DNA of 64,000 bases, from the NCBI GenBank assembly GCA_965140585.1, contig OZ223264.1, forward strand, positions 640,001 to 704,000. The letters run 5' to 3'. Of the stretch, positions 10,323 to 20,981 are shown one piece after another. The position numbers and the translations under genes are program-made. The notes under the pieces are model-generated. The model was given only the letters and a program-made list of their open reading frames with translations. It was not told the origin of the DNA and searched no databases. The DNA comes from Spirochaetia bacterium. GTDB lineage: Bacteria > Spirochaetota > Spirochaetia > UBA9216. Numbering within the stretch: position 1 is the stretch's first letter; each line of letters opens with the position of its first letter.

Positions 10323-11894
10323 ATGTTTGAATATAAGTTATGCTCCAGATCGATCTTACTTATACTTGCTTTATCATTTCTTGTGTTTTCATGCACCGAT
10401 ACTATTGACCCGTCATTGAAAGATACTGATCCACTGCAATGCGAAGCTCCGGACTTCTCGATAGAGGCAGGAAGCTACAGTACCGATCAGACCCTGAGCC
10501 TTAACTCAGACACAGACGGTGCTTCAATTTACTATACAACAGACGGTTCAACGCCTTCTTCCTCTTCAACCTTATATACCGGTGCTATCACCCTTAATGC
10601 ATCAGGAACTACTGAAATCTCTGCTATCGCTGTTAAAGAAGATTACACAGACAGCGATATCTCAACCGGGAGCTACACTTTAAACTATGAAGTAATGCCC
10701 CTAGATGAAGACACAACCTTTGCAAATACAGTTAAGTTAAGCTGGGGAGCGGAACAGTCCGCAGCAGACGGCTACCAGATTCAGTATTCTATTTCGGAAA
10801 CAGGTCTTGAGAATAATAACTACATAGAGCTTACATCAAGTACAAACTCATGTGAGCTAAGCGGATTGATTGACAGTCAAACTTTTTACTGGCGTTTCCG
10901 TTCAGTAAAAAGCAGCTCAAGCAGTGAATATGGTGAATGGAGCGATGTACGTACCTTTACAGTAACAGCAATAAGCAGCTCTGCGGCAAATGATGTGAAG
11001 TATCCCTTTGAGCTGGTTTATATTGCAAGCGACAGCGACTATTGGAGTTATTCTTTTAAGCAATTCAGGAATATAGATATGGACGGCGCTGATGATTTTA
11101 CTCCTATTGGAAACTATAATAGCAGCAGTTCAAGGTTCAGAGGCAGTTATGACGGCGGCGGGTATACTATATCCAACCTGTCAATTTATTCTACTGAAGA
11201 TTATCAGGGAATGTTCGGCTGTACTTATTCTGGTGCAACGCTGACTGATATCCATTTGGAAGATGTTAATATTTCCGGAGGAACTTATGTCGGAGGATTA
11301 GTAGGGCGTCTTTATGGAACAGTAAAATACTGTTCTGTTGAAGGAAAAATAACTGCAACTGGTGAATACACCGGGGGGCTGGCCGGTTATACAGAGTACA
11401 GCTCTATATCCGAATGCTATTCAAAATGTACTGTTGAAGGAAATAATTATGTTGGGGGATTTGAAGGTTATTCCCGTTCGGTAAGCCATGACGCATGTTA
11501 TTCTATAGGGACAATAAAAACAACAAATACTAATGGAATAATTGGAGGTTTTGCAGGCATTTGCACAAGACGTGCTTCAAATTACGTAAACGCAACCTAT
11601 ACAGATTGTTTCTCCGCTTCGACGCTTACCGATATTGATACAGCATATGGGTTTGGATATCATAGTCATTCAACAGTTTCTGACTGCTTCTATGATTCCA
11701 CACTATTCACCGGTTCAGAATCAAAAGCAGCCCCGCAATACAGTCTCTACATGAAAATTGAAAGTATATTCATAGACGCAGGCTGGGATTTTGCTGATGA
11801 AGACACTAACGGCACAGAATATATCTGGGACAGAGCAGATACAATCAACGGGGGATACCCCTATCTTGTAAACAATCCGCCGGCCCTGGAATAG
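10323..11894 (+). CDS. Surface lipoprotein: CHB_HEX_C/Fn3-associated domain, FN3-like domain, GLUG-repeat region
   Basis: Lipobox FLVFS-C; ASIYYTTDGSTP; TFYWRFRSV; FTPIG..FRGSYDGGGYTISNL; YVGGLVG/YTGGLAG repeats; INGGYPYL end. Confidence 0.8.
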   Translation: MFEYKLCSRSILLILALSFLVFSCTDTIDPSLKDTDPLQCEAPDFSIEAGSYSTDQTLSLNSDTDGASIYYTTDGSTPSSSSTLYTGAITLNASGTTEISAIAVKEDYTDSDISTGSYTLNYEVMPLDEDTTFANTVKLSWGAEQSAADGYQIQYSISETGLENNNYIELTSSTNSCELSGLIDSQTFYWRFRSVKSSSSSEYGEWSDVRTFTVTAISSSAANDVKYPFELVYIASDSDYWSYSFKQFRNIDMDGADDFTPIGNYNSSSSRFRGSYDGGGYTISNLSIYSTEDYQGMFGCTYSGATLTDIHLEDVNISGGTYVGGLVGRLYGTVKYCSVEGKITATGEYTGGLAGYTEYSSISECYSKCTVEGNNYVGGFEGYSRSVSHDACYSIGTIKTTNTNGIIGGFAGICTRRASNYVNATYTDCFSASTLTDIDTAYGFGYHSHSTVSDCFYDSTLFTGSESKAAPQYSLYMKIESIFIDAGWDFADEDTNGTEYIWDRADTINGGYPYLVNNPPALE

Positions 11895-11930
11895 CTTCAG
11901 TATTCAGGCTTTCATAGTGTTTTTCCGTCT

Positions 11931-14459
11931 TCAAAGCCGTTTAAAATCCTGATTACCGAATGAGTATTCGGCTGTAGCTGTATTTATCCAGATATGATCG
12001 ATTTCCTGCTCCTCAATTTTTCCTTGAAGCCGGATAGTCGGTCGTTTTAGCATGATCCATCCGGCAGTCTCTGAACTTCCCGGTGGGGGAGGGCTGAACA
12101 GTTCAATATTTTGAGCTCTGATTGTAAACTCCTCTGATTGATACAGCATCTTTCGGCTGCCTAAATCACATTTAAGAGACTCTATTCGACCATCATGGTA
12201 TACAGTCCATTCATCAAAACGCACTGAAATATTAGGCATTCCCTTTATCACTGCGGAGACAACGCCTGAAAAGACTGCTTTCTCGCTGTCAAAACTCAGT
12301 AGCTGTGCATCTATTTTTACGCCATCAACATATAATGATGCAGCAACACTATTGCCGTAGCCAAAACGGTTATTACTGAACTCTCTGACATTATTCAGTT
12401 CTATTCCGCCGGTAATTCTTGGATTATTAAAGTTAACTTTAACTGAATCGAATTTCAGAGCAGATTCTTTAATGGCTATGCCGCTGAGCACTATTCCACT
12501 GTTTCCGAATTTAGTTTTATTGGAAGAGCTGACAAAAGCGTCTTTAAACTCCGGGATTGTTCCATTCTGAAGCATCGGCAGTCTTTTAACATATATTTTA
12601 ACACCTCCGAATGCGTGGGACACCAGATAGCCGTCCATAGTAAACTCTCCATTCTCAGAGATTTCTGCAGAGCGCAGCTCAGCATGGTTAAAAAGAAGCG
12701 GATATTCCGGTATGTTTTTAATCTGTGCAGGTTCAAAAAGTCTTCAGTCATAATTGATAATCAGACTGGGTGTTTCGCCGGGGAAGTACTGCTTTTCAGG
12801 AATCATCAGCGGAAATGCAATATTTTCAGGCTTATATATCCAGCTCGCTCCGTACCAGTGAATCCTTCCGTTGCTCAGATTGAATTTATCGGCTTCAAAG
12901 CGCCATCCTTCCACGCTGAACCGGACTGGCTCAGCTGGAGTTTTTATATCAGTATATAGTGCCCCCTGATCAAATACCGCTTTCTCAATATAAACTCCCT
13001 TATCGTCACTCTCCATTTGATATCGCCCGTCAAAAAGCAAATACCCGCTGTAAAACAGCCCTTCTCTGTTTATAGTCCATTTATCGGCGTTCAGCTCTAA
13101 TCCCGAGGGGCTGTAGAATTTGACAGGTCTATAAATTTCATTCACCTCCTGTGATGAAGGATGGATATCTCCATTAGAATCAATAATCAGATTAGAGCCG
13201 GAGAGTGCAATTTCTTCATAACCTGCCGGCTGTATAATAGAGTATTCCTTGAAATTAAAAAGAACTTCATCATCTTTTCGAATTAGGGCAGGATTATGTG
13301 GTTTTAGATACACTGTATCTGCAAACATAGCTGAATCACGGTGAATATTTTCATATGACTGATTGATAAGCGCATCAGATCTATCAAGAGATAAATCACC
13401 TTCAGCGGAAATAGATATTCTGTCGGCAAAAACAGGGACAGTAGCGCCCCTCCTGTTTCGGCTGTTGATTCTTACATCCGTTTTTCCCTGCAGTACTAAT
13501 CCGTCAGCGGTAAGACCAGCCGAACTGAAACTGAAATCCCAGCCCTTATAATTGTAAGATGCTTTCAGGCTGCTCTTCCCGGATTCTGTACCTGAAAATC
13601 CTAAGATGATTCCCGGAATTATGATAAATTCATCCTCGTTAGATACTTCAAAACCAGCAGGTATTTTTACAACTGCTTTATCGGCAGAAATCTTTTCACC
13701 TTCCGCAGGGCAGCCTTCAAGAATAAAATGAATCTCAAAATCGGTTCCTTCCCCAGCTATCAGTGAAAGTCTGTCTGATGTATACGCTGATTCCGGTAAT
13801 ATCAGTGCACTTCGCTCTATAATATCCAATGTGCCTGCATTCAAAACTATTACATCCATTGCAGCATCAAGGCCGAAAAAGCTCACACCATTATCGCGCA
13901 GCACGAGCCTTGAACCCTTGAGAAGCATTGATTGAAAGTTAAATATATGGCTGTTGAGCCTAATTTGTCCGTTGTAGAGTTTAAGACCTTCATCAGGATA
14001 CTGCCATGTCTGTGAATTAAGTTCAGTCTGGAATATTCCTGCGGAAACCCCGGCAACGACTACGGAACATCTAAGTACCGGAAAATCATCTGAATTGAAT
14101 GATATCAGTTCGTCAGCAGTAATTTTCAGCATTCCGCTGTTTTTCAGATAGCCGCCTGCGGAGGTTTCGCTGAGTTTTGTGATACTGCCCGAGCCTATAA
14201 CTATCTCATAATCAGCTATCCGTATAAAAGTATCACGGGAGGGAATTATCGAATCAAATACCCTGAGGATTCGTCTGCCTTTATCGTCAAGCTGAATCTG
14301 TGCATCTCTGATAAGGACCACTATTCCGGAATCTTCCCCGCCAAGCCGCATACTGAGCCCTGACAGTAAGTCGCCTGTTTCGGCTTCCTGGATCATCATT
14401 AAATTTGAATCAGAGAAACTCAGGCTGAATAATAACAGCTGAAACTGTTTCGTGTCCAA
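11931..14459 (-). pseudogene. Large beta-rich repeat protein (~842 codons) interrupted by one in-frame TGA at 12744-12746; possibly also 5'-truncated
   Basis: ORFs 12744..14459 and 11931..12638 share a frame: ...LIINYD*RLFEPAQIKNIPEYPLLFNHAELRSAEISENGEFTMDGY...; TTG start without a clear RBS or signal peptide. Confidence 0.65.
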
Positions 14460-14525
14460 GCTTTTATTTACCGGGTATTTCTATTAATGAATGAGATTAT
14501 CAATAACTTTCCTGGACTGATTTGC

Positions 14526-14562
14526 AAAAAAAAGACTGAACAACAGATTAGTCATTCAGTCT
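14526..14562 (-). terminator. Rho-independent terminator after the tRNA
   Basis: Minus strand AGACTGAA-loop-TTCAGTCT followed by a T8 run. Confidence 0.75.
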
Positions 14563-14571
14563 ACCATCGTA

Positions 14572-14645
14572 TGGGCCCACTAGGGCTTGAACCTAGGACC
14601 CCCTGATTATGAGTCAGGTGCTCTAACCAACTGAGCTATAGGCCC
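14572..14645 (-). tRNA. tRNA-Ile2 (anticodon CAT, lysidine type); CCA not encoded
   Basis: GGGCCTATAGCTCAGTTGGTTAGAGCACCTGACT-CAT-AATCAGGGGGTCCTAGGTTCAAGCCCTAGTGGGCCCA; Ile-type acceptor stem with C4-G69/C5-G68. The tRNA is certain; Ile2 versus elongator Met is inferred. Confidence 0.9.
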
Positions 14646-14773
14646 GACGGACTTATATAGAACAATATTATGAGCCTTTTGTCAATAAGAACCAGTTAGG
14701 AAATCGTTATTGATAAATACTGAATATAGTAATAAACTAATACATAATAAAAACTAACTGTAAGGATTTTCAA

Positions 14774-15412
14774 TTGCTTAAAGATGATCGAATCTTCATT
14801 GCTTCTTTTAAGATTTTTGATAAATATGGATATAAACGTACTAATGTTCAGGACATTGCCGATGAGGCCGGTGTAAGTAAAAAGACCATTTATAATCATT
14901 TTACAAACAAAGATGATCTTTTTAATAAAACTATAGAGTGGTATGCAAAGTTTGTTGTTGAAACGTATACAACCTTCATAGATGATGAAAATATAAGTAC
15001 TATTGATAAGCTAAAACGCTTTATGCTTGATTCATCCAACTTTATGAAAAACCGGAACAGCAATATCCATCGTGATATGCTTCACGAAAATCCTCACCTG
15101 AAAGCTGTCCCGAATGTGTATATTCAGAAAAATCTCGCCCGAATGCTGGGGCAGTTGATCGATAGTATGAAGGAAGAGGGTACATTTCGGACTGATTATA
15201 AGACCGAAGCTGTTGTATACCTCATGTTCTCTGCTGTTAACGGACTGAGCAGTTGGAGCAGTCCTGATATGCTGCCGCTGAGTGTAACTGAACTGTACTC
15301 AACCGCAGCAAGGATCTTCTTCTCCAATCTGCTTACTGAGAAAGGCTTAAGAGCTCTCGATTTAACTAGTCTGCAGGAAGGGCTATTTAAAGAAAATGGA
15401 ATACTTTTTTGA
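14774..15412 (+). CDS. TetR/AcrR-family regulator
   Basis: FDKYGYKRTNVQDIADEAGVSKKTIYNHFTNKDDLF HTH. Confidence 0.9.
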   Translation: MLKDDRIFIASFKIFDKYGYKRTNVQDIADEAGVSKKTIYNHFTNKDDLFNKTIEWYAKFVVETYTTFIDDENISTIDKLKRFMLDSSNFMKNRNSNIHRDMLHENPHLKAVPNVYIQKNLARMLGQLIDSMKEEGTFRTDYKTEAVVYLMFSAVNGLSSWSSPDMLPLSVTELYSTAARIFFSNLLTEKGLRALDLTSLQEGLFKENGILF

Positions 15413-15443
15413 ATGAATACTTCCAGAAGAGTATAATTCCAAT

Positions 15444-15478
15444 ATCCTGAGCCGCCATTAAAAATGACGACTCAGGAT
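15444..15478. terminator. Hairpin between convergent genes (probable bidirectional terminator)
   Basis: ATCCTGAG.CG.CATT ... AATGACGACTCAGGAT inverted repeat. Confidence 0.55.
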
Positions 15479-15485
15479 TCAGTAT

Positions 15486-16061
15486 TTAAAAAGTAACAGT
15501 GTAGAAAAGTGATGCACCAAACTTTGCAGAATCAAAAACCGATGTTATTATATTTCCAAATATTGCACCAATTAGATCTCCGAGAATAGATCCTGAATCT
15601 ACTGTCTGGATCGGACTGCTTGTTGGTATGAAGCCCAGTGATATATCGGCGCCCAGTTTTCCCGGTCCAATCGGAAAGATCGGAATAGCAAGACCTGTTG
15701 CCGCCCATGGCATGACCGGGCTTTCCGCATAGTAATCGATATATCCGTTTTCCACCTTTGATTCATCCGGATCAACGACTTTAAACATTCCCCCGATATC
15801 AAAATACAGCCATCCTAGCTCAAGACTGGCAAAAGGCCCGATATAGATGTCTGAAAATGTAGTTCCGAAGTATGCTCCGACACCGGCTCCGACAGCCGGA
15901 AATCCCAAATCGTACATCAGTTTGGGGTGAGCAGTAACATAGGTTGAAAAAAGAGAGAAAGATGCTCCAATTTCGGCATCTACCCGCAGCCCCTTTTCGC
16001 TCTCTCCAAAACTGAACGCTGCGAAAGAAAGACATAACAGTATAAAAATTAATCTTTTCAT
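15486..16061 (-). CDS. Exported hypothetical protein, probable small outer-membrane beta-barrel
   Basis: Signal peptide MKRLIFILLCLSFAAFSFG; amphipathic Gly/aromatic strands; C-terminal FYTVTF (BAM-type terminal Phe). Confidence 0.6.
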   Translation of the reverse strand: MKRLIFILLCLSFAAFSFGESEKGLRVDAEIGASFSLFSTYVTAHPKLMYDLGFPAVGAGVGAYFGTTFSDIYIGPFASLELGWLYFDIGGMFKVVDPDESKVENGYIDYYAESPVMPWAATGLAIPIFPIGPGKLGADISLGFIPTSSPIQTVDSGSILGDLIGAIFGNIITSVFDSAKFGASLFYTVTF

Positions 16062-16155
16062 GATATCTCCTCCATGAATAGTATAAATGTATCACCCCGA
16101 TGTGATTTTATCTGATATATTGGTTCTATACCCATTTTTACAACAGGACGGTATT

Positions 16156-17634
16156 ATGGCAAAAAAGATAATTATAATAGGCGCCGGGCTCTCCGGTCTT
16201 GCTATTGCTGCCAAAATGGCTTCAGAGGGTTTTGATGTTGAAGTGTTCGAAAGGCACAGCAGCCCGGGAGGTGTCGCCAGGATTACCGAGGACAAGGGAT
16301 TTAAATTCGATATGGGGCCTACCTGGTACCTGATGCCGGAAGTTTTTGAAAAGTTCTTCAAATCGTTTGGCCGTGATATTAAAGACTACATGGAGATAGT
16401 TGAGCTTGAACCTTCCTATAAGATCTACTTTGAGGAGCAGGGAGAAGCTGTCCTTCATCGTGATATAGAAGAAAATAAAAAGCTGTTTGACTCATTCGAG
16501 AAGAACGGAGGCAAAAAGCTTGTTAAATATCTGAAAGACTCGAAATTCAAGTACAACGCGGCTTTGAAGGAATTCCTTTACAGGGATTACCGGAGTCTTC
16601 TTGATTTTATGCACTGGCCTCTTGTAAGGGACGGGCTTCGTCTGGATCTGCTTAAAAAACTCGATAATTATGCTTCTAAAACCTTCAAGGATCACCGGTC
16701 GAAAAAGGTTGTGGAGTTCAATACCGTATTTCTTGGAAGCAGTCCCTTTAAAACCCCGGCGCTGTATTCACTTATGGCACATGTTGACCTAACAATAGGC
16801 GTATATTATCCGATGGGAGGTATCCATGAACTTCCGAAAGCTCTTCAGCGGCTGGGGACCGAACTTGGTGTAAAGTATCATTTTAATTCAAATGTTGATG
16901 AGATTATGATTCAGAACCGGAAAGCACGCGGAATACGTACAGGCGACCGGCTTGTTGAGGGAGATATAGTCCTCTCTTCTGTTGACTACCATCATGCCGA
17001 AACCAAATTGCTTTCTCCGGAATACCGGAATTATTCCAGTCTATACTGGAAGACGAGGGTTATGGCTCCTTCAACCATGCTCATCTATCTTGGAATCAAT
17101 AAAAAGCTGCCTCAGATTATCCATCATACCTTTTATCTTGCCGATGACTGGGCTGAGCATTTTGATGATATTTTTTCAAAGAAAAAGTGGCCGGATAATC
17201 CCTGTTATTATCTTGGCTGCCCATCCAAGACCGATCCCTCAGTTGCTCCGGAAGGTATGGAAAATCTCTTTGTCCTAGTTCCAGTAGCTCCCGATCTTGA
17301 GGATCATGACAATATCCGTGAAGAGTTTTCCGAAAAAATTATCAGGCATATCGAAAAAACAATCGGTGAGGAATTCCGTGATAATATAGTAACGAAATAC
17401 ATTATCACTCACCGTGACTTTAAGCAGAATAATAATTTTTTCAAGGGCACAGCACTTGGTCTTGCCCATACCCTTATGCAGACTGCTATCCTCAGGCCAA
17501 GCCATGTGAACAAAAAAGTAAAAAACCTGTTCTATTCAGGACATTACACCCAGCCCGGAATAGGTATGCCCATGGCGATGATAGGGGCAGATTTGGTCGC
17601 AGAGTTGATAAAAAAGAAAAGCCGAAAGCTGTAG
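16156..17634 (+). CDS. crtI: Phytoene desaturase (CrtI family)
   Basis: Start reset to ATG 16156; IIGAGLSGL FAD motif, GFKFDMGPTWYLMP, YYPMGG, PSKTDPSVAPEG, NLFYSGHYTQPGIGMP. Confidence 0.85.
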   Translation: MAKKIIIIGAGLSGLAIAAKMASEGFDVEVFERHSSPGGVARITEDKGFKFDMGPTWYLMPEVFEKFFKSFGRDIKDYMEIVELEPSYKIYFEEQGEAVLHRDIEENKKLFDSFEKNGGKKLVKYLKDSKFKYNAALKEFLYRDYRSLLDFMHWPLVRDGLRLDLLKKLDNYASKTFKDHRSKKVVEFNTVFLGSSPFKTPALYSLMAHVDLTIGVYYPMGGIHELPKALQRLGTELGVKYHFNSNVDEIMIQNRKARGIRTGDRLVEGDIVLSSVDYHHAETKLLSPEYRNYSSLYWKTRVMAPSTMLIYLGINKKLPQIIHHTFYLADDWAEHFDDIFSKKKWPDNPCYYLGCPSKTDPSVAPEGMENLFVLVPVAPDLEDHDNIREEFSEKIIRHIEKTIGEEFRDNIVTKYIITHRDFKQNNNFFKGTALGLAHTLMQTAILRPSHVNKKVKNLFYSGHYTQPGIGMPMAMIGADLVAELIKKKSRKL

Positions 17635-17639
17635 AAGCC

Positions 17640-18305
17640 TTATTGCAGCAGATCCTTTGCAAAGTCTGCCGCGCTGTCAGGTACCGGCCGTTTGGCCCAG
17701 TTGTAATCAGATGAATTATATTCCCGGATGCTGTTTGATTCATGGGTGTTTATTACATATTCCAAATCCATAAGGCCTATACGCAGCGCCTCCGTTTTAT
17801 AAGGCTTGATTGGACCAATACCGGGAAGGCCCTGGCCGAGTCTGTAGTATGATATTCCCCTTAGAAAGCGAATGAACCAGTCCGGATGGCTGTCCGGAAT
17901 CGAGGTCATGAATGCTTCGGTGTTTTTAAGATTCTCTACGCCGAAGATTGTCCTTTTTTTTGCAAGAAAGGCTTCTGTTATCCCCTTATATATTCTGAAA
18001 AGGTTATCATCATCTCCATCTGATTCGGCTAATGCGAGATTTTCAACAGCTTCATCTAGGGTATTCATGCTGTCTGACAGCAGTATCTTGTTTGTATAAA
18101 GGATTCCGAGTCTGAAATAATCATCCGCTGCAGTTTCTTCTATCAACCCATCCAGATAGTCCAGATCGCCGCCAAGCAATGTTGTCATTGAAATTGTGTA
18201 GTATGTAGTTAGTGGTTCAGCTGTCCCGGATAATGCGGACAAGGATGCGGCGGAGGCCGAAAAATAGATAAAAATAAACAGAACCAATAATTTTTTTGTA
18301 CTCAT
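17640..18305 (-). CDS. Exported helical hypothetical protein (TPR-like)
   Basis: Likely start ATG 18305 (AGAGGAACAGG upstream); signal peptide MSTKKLLVLFIFIYFSASAASLSA; WFIRFLRGISYYRL. Confidence 0.6.
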   Translation of the reverse strand: MSTKKLLVLFIFIYFSASAASLSALSGTAEPLTTYYTISMTTLLGGDLDYLDGLIEETAADDYFRLGILYTNKILLSDSMNTLDEAVENLALAESDGDDDNLFRIYKGITEAFLAKKRTIFGVENLKNTEAFMTSIPDSHPDWFIRFLRGISYYRLGQGLPGIGPIKPYKTEALRIGLMDLEYVINTHESNSIREYNSSDYNWAKRPVPDSAADFAKDLLQ

Positions 18306-18345
18306 ATACCTGTTCCTCTGTCTATAATATAACAAGGAAATAACC

Positions 18346-19452
18346 GTGGACAATAAACTTTTTTTTCTTTTCAGTCTGTCATCACTCATATACTGGCTCT
18401 TCGGCTGGTTTCTCCTTCCAAAACTTCGCTTTCTCACTGGTACGGATGATGAAAAGCTCAAGAACGCCGGCCTCAGTATAATCATTCCTGCACGAAACGA
18501 AGAAAAAAGGCTGCCCATCCTACTACAGTCACTCAAAGCTGAGGGAGCTTTTGAAAAGTATGAAGTAATAGTTGCGGATGACAACTCCTCGGACGGAACA
18601 TCAGATCTGGCTAAATCTTTTGGCTGTAAAGTTCTTAAGGTTACCGGTAAACCTGATGAGGCGCAGGGGAAATCCTGGGCCTGCGCGGTAGCTTCTGATG
18701 CAGCCGGTGGTGACTATTTTCTGTTCCTGGATGCGGATGTGAAGTTTTCTGCGGGAGGCCTTTCCAGGCTGATATCTGAATACCGGGAAGGCATGCTTTC
18801 AGTACAGCCGTGCCATGTTTTTTTCAGATTTTATGAAAGCTTCTCACTGTTCTTCAACCTTATGGCTATGGCCGGGGTTAACAGTTTCTGCTTTCATTCA
18901 AAACCGGCAGAGGTAAAGGGCGCTTTCGGTCCCTGTATGCTCACCTCCCGTAGAGATTACGATGAAATCGGCGGACACCGAGCAGTGGTGTCTGAACTTG
19001 TAGATGATCTGGCCCTTGCCGGACAGTATTCAGGGGCAGGGAAAAAAGTTCAAAATACAGCTGGAGGAGATTTTCTGACTTTCAGGATGTACCCGGAAGG
19101 ATTTAAATCACTCTCCGAAGGATGGATGAAGAACATGGCTGCAGCTTCCGGAAAAAGCTCAGGGCTTGCCGGGCTGTATTTCGGACTTTGGTGTGCAGGG
19201 GTTGCCTGCTGTATAATATCAGCTGCAGTCTCCGGAGGTTGTTTAAATCTTCTTCTTATGGTTCTTTGTATTCATTTCATGTATTCACTGCAGCTATATT
19301 TCACTGTCAGGAGAATCGGAAGCTGGAATTTCGGGCATTGCTGGATATTTCCGGTATATCTGATTTACTTTCTTTACATTATGATCCGCTCTCAGATCCG
19401 CACTAGGATATTCAGATTTTCATACTGGAAGGGCCGGCGAATTAATCTATAA
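18346..19452 (+). CDS. GT2 glycosyltransferase, carotenoid glucosyltransferase-like (CruC/CrtQ)
   Basis: SIIIPARNEE, VADDNSSDGT, GKSWAC, FLDADV, GAFGPC, DDLALA, FRMYPEG, SYWKGR; lies in the crt cluster. Confidence 0.8.
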   Translation: MDNKLFFLFSLSSLIYWLFGWFLLPKLRFLTGTDDEKLKNAGLSIIIPARNEEKRLPILLQSLKAEGAFEKYEVIVADDNSSDGTSDLAKSFGCKVLKVTGKPDEAQGKSWACAVASDAAGGDYFLFLDADVKFSAGGLSRLISEYREGMLSVQPCHVFFRFYESFSLFFNLMAMAGVNSFCFHSKPAEVKGAFGPCMLTSRRDYDEIGGHRAVVSELVDDLALAGQYSGAGKKVQNTAGGDFLTFRMYPEGFKSLSEGWMKNMAAASGKSSGLAGLYFGLWCAGVACCIISAAVSGGCLNLLLMVLCIHFMYSLQLYFTVRRIGSWNFGHCWIFPVYLIYFLYIMIRSQIRTRIFRFSYWKGRRINL

Positions 19453-19493
19453 ATCGGTTTATATATGACTGCTTTTATGTAATAATACTGCAT

Positions 19494-20315
19494 ATGAAAA
19501 AAGATGATCTGCATTACAGGATATTTAAAAAAGGAAGCAAAACCTACTTTACAAGCAGTCTGTTCTTCCCTCCGGACAAGCGAGATGATGTATTTATCCT
19601 CTATGGCTTTGTGCGCACGGCCGATGACTATGTAGATGAAATTCCCCAGGACAGCGATGGTTTTTATAAGTTCTGTTCCGATTACAGATCGGTACTGGCC
19701 GGAAACGGTGAATGCGGTAATCCGATTATAGACCGCTTTGTTGAACTTTCCAGAAGAAAAAATTTCGACCCTGCATGGACCGAGGCTTTTCTTCATTCCA
19801 TGGAGCTTGATCTGAGAAAAAAAGTGTATCAGACGCTGGATGATACACTGGAGTATATCTATGGTTCGGCGGAAGTTATCGGTCTGTACATGTCTAGGCT
19901 AATGGAGCTTCCTGAAGAAGCCTTTCATTCTGCAAGAATGCTTGGGCGGGCAATGCAGTACATAAATTTTATCAGGGATATTGCCGAAGATAACGAACTT
20001 GGCCGCAGATACCTGCCTGTTGAAGGCAGCGGATTGGAGTCTCTTTCAGAGGAGTACTGCAGAACACATAGTGACAGCTTTATTGACTTTCACAGAAAGC
20101 AGATTAGATTATATACACAATGGCATAATGAAGCGGTTAATGGTTATTCCTACATCCCGAAGAAAATGCGGGTTCCGATAAAAACGGCGGATGACATGTA
20201 TATGTGGACGGCCTCTCAAATTGAAAAGGATCCATTTATCGTTTTCCGCAGGAAGGTAAAGCCTGAAAAAGGTAGAATAATACGGCAGGTTATTAAAAAC
20301 TTTTTTACAGCATGA
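19494..20315 (+). CDS. crtB: Phytoene/squalene synthase
   Basis: GSKTYF, LYGFVRTADDYVD, YIYGSAEVIG, LGRAMQYINFIRDIAED, LGRRYLP. Confidence 0.9.
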   Translation: MKKDDLHYRIFKKGSKTYFTSSLFFPPDKRDDVFILYGFVRTADDYVDEIPQDSDGFYKFCSDYRSVLAGNGECGNPIIDRFVELSRRKNFDPAWTEAFLHSMELDLRKKVYQTLDDTLEYIYGSAEVIGLYMSRLMELPEEAFHSARMLGRAMQYINFIRDIAEDNELGRRYLPVEGSGLESLSEEYCRTHSDSFIDFHRKQIRLYTQWHNEAVNGYSYIPKKMRVPIKTADDMYMWTASQIEKDPFIVFRRKVKPEKGRIIRQVIKNFFTA

Positions 20316-20971
20316 TTATGAAAAACAGACTTTTCAAAAAAACTGAATTGTTGTTCATTCTTATATGCGCTGATTTTTACCTGATGGGTATCATCTTTCA
20401 CAGCATTGATTTTACAGCAGGTTTAATGAAGCCTGTAACTCCCTTTGTTCTTTTAATATTCGGAGCATACCTTCTGTATGCAATAAGACAGTCCATCAGC
20501 AGAAAGACTCTTATTATTATCCTGATACTGTATCTTTTCACCTTTACTCTTGAGGCATTGGGAGTTGCTACAGGCATGGTCTTTGGAGAGTATTATTACG
20601 GAGATACCCTTGGGATGAAAGTTTTTGAAGTGCCTCTTGTTATAGGCTTTAACTGGGTGCTGATTATCTACGGACTTTATAGTGCCGCTGCTAAAATTTT
20701 TTCGGGTAACGGATGGCTTAATATCTTTATTGTCTCTGCAGGAGCGGTCGTTTTTGATTATGTAATGGAGCCTGCGGCCATAGGTTTGAAGTACTGGACC
20801 TGGACGGATGGTGTTATTCCGCTTCAGAATTATATAGCCTGGTTTATAATTGCATTTATATGCGCAGCTGTTTTCAAACTGGCAGGAACAAAGACTGCAG
20901 GCTATCTCCCTGCAGTTTATGTGGCAATACAATCGGTTTTTTTTATACTTCTTCGAATTATTGTTTTATGA
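20312..20971 (+). CDS. cruF: Carotenoid 1,2-hydratase (CruF/DUF422)
   Basis: EALGVATG.VFGEYYYG, VPLVIGFNW, FDYVMEP.A, YWTW, IPLQNYIAWF; multi-TM. Confidence 0.8.
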   Translation: MIMKNRLFKKTELLFILICADFYLMGIIFHSIDFTAGLMKPVTPFVLLIFGAYLLYAIRQSISRKTLIIILILYLFTFTLEALGVATGMVFGEYYYGDTLGMKVFEVPLVIGFNWVLIIYGLYSAAAKIFSGNGWLNIFIVSAGAVVFDYVMEPAAIGLKYWTWTDGVIPLQNYIAWFIIAFICAAVFKLAGTKTAGYLPAVYVAIQSVFFILLRIIVL

Positions 20972-20981
20972 GGAATACAGC

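Noticed and set aside
12700-12746. Selenocysteine recoding of the in-frame TGA
   Set aside because: No convincing SECIS-like hairpin follows the TGA, the context is not a redox motif, and TGA is an ordinary stop in many genes here
14572-14645. Initiator tRNA-fMet
   Set aside because: G1-C72 is paired and the anticodon stem lacks the three consecutive G-C pairs
18306-18584. N-terminal extension of the 314-aa minus-strand ORF
   Set aside because: Overlaps the glycosyltransferase antisense; the signal peptide and RBS point to ATG 18305
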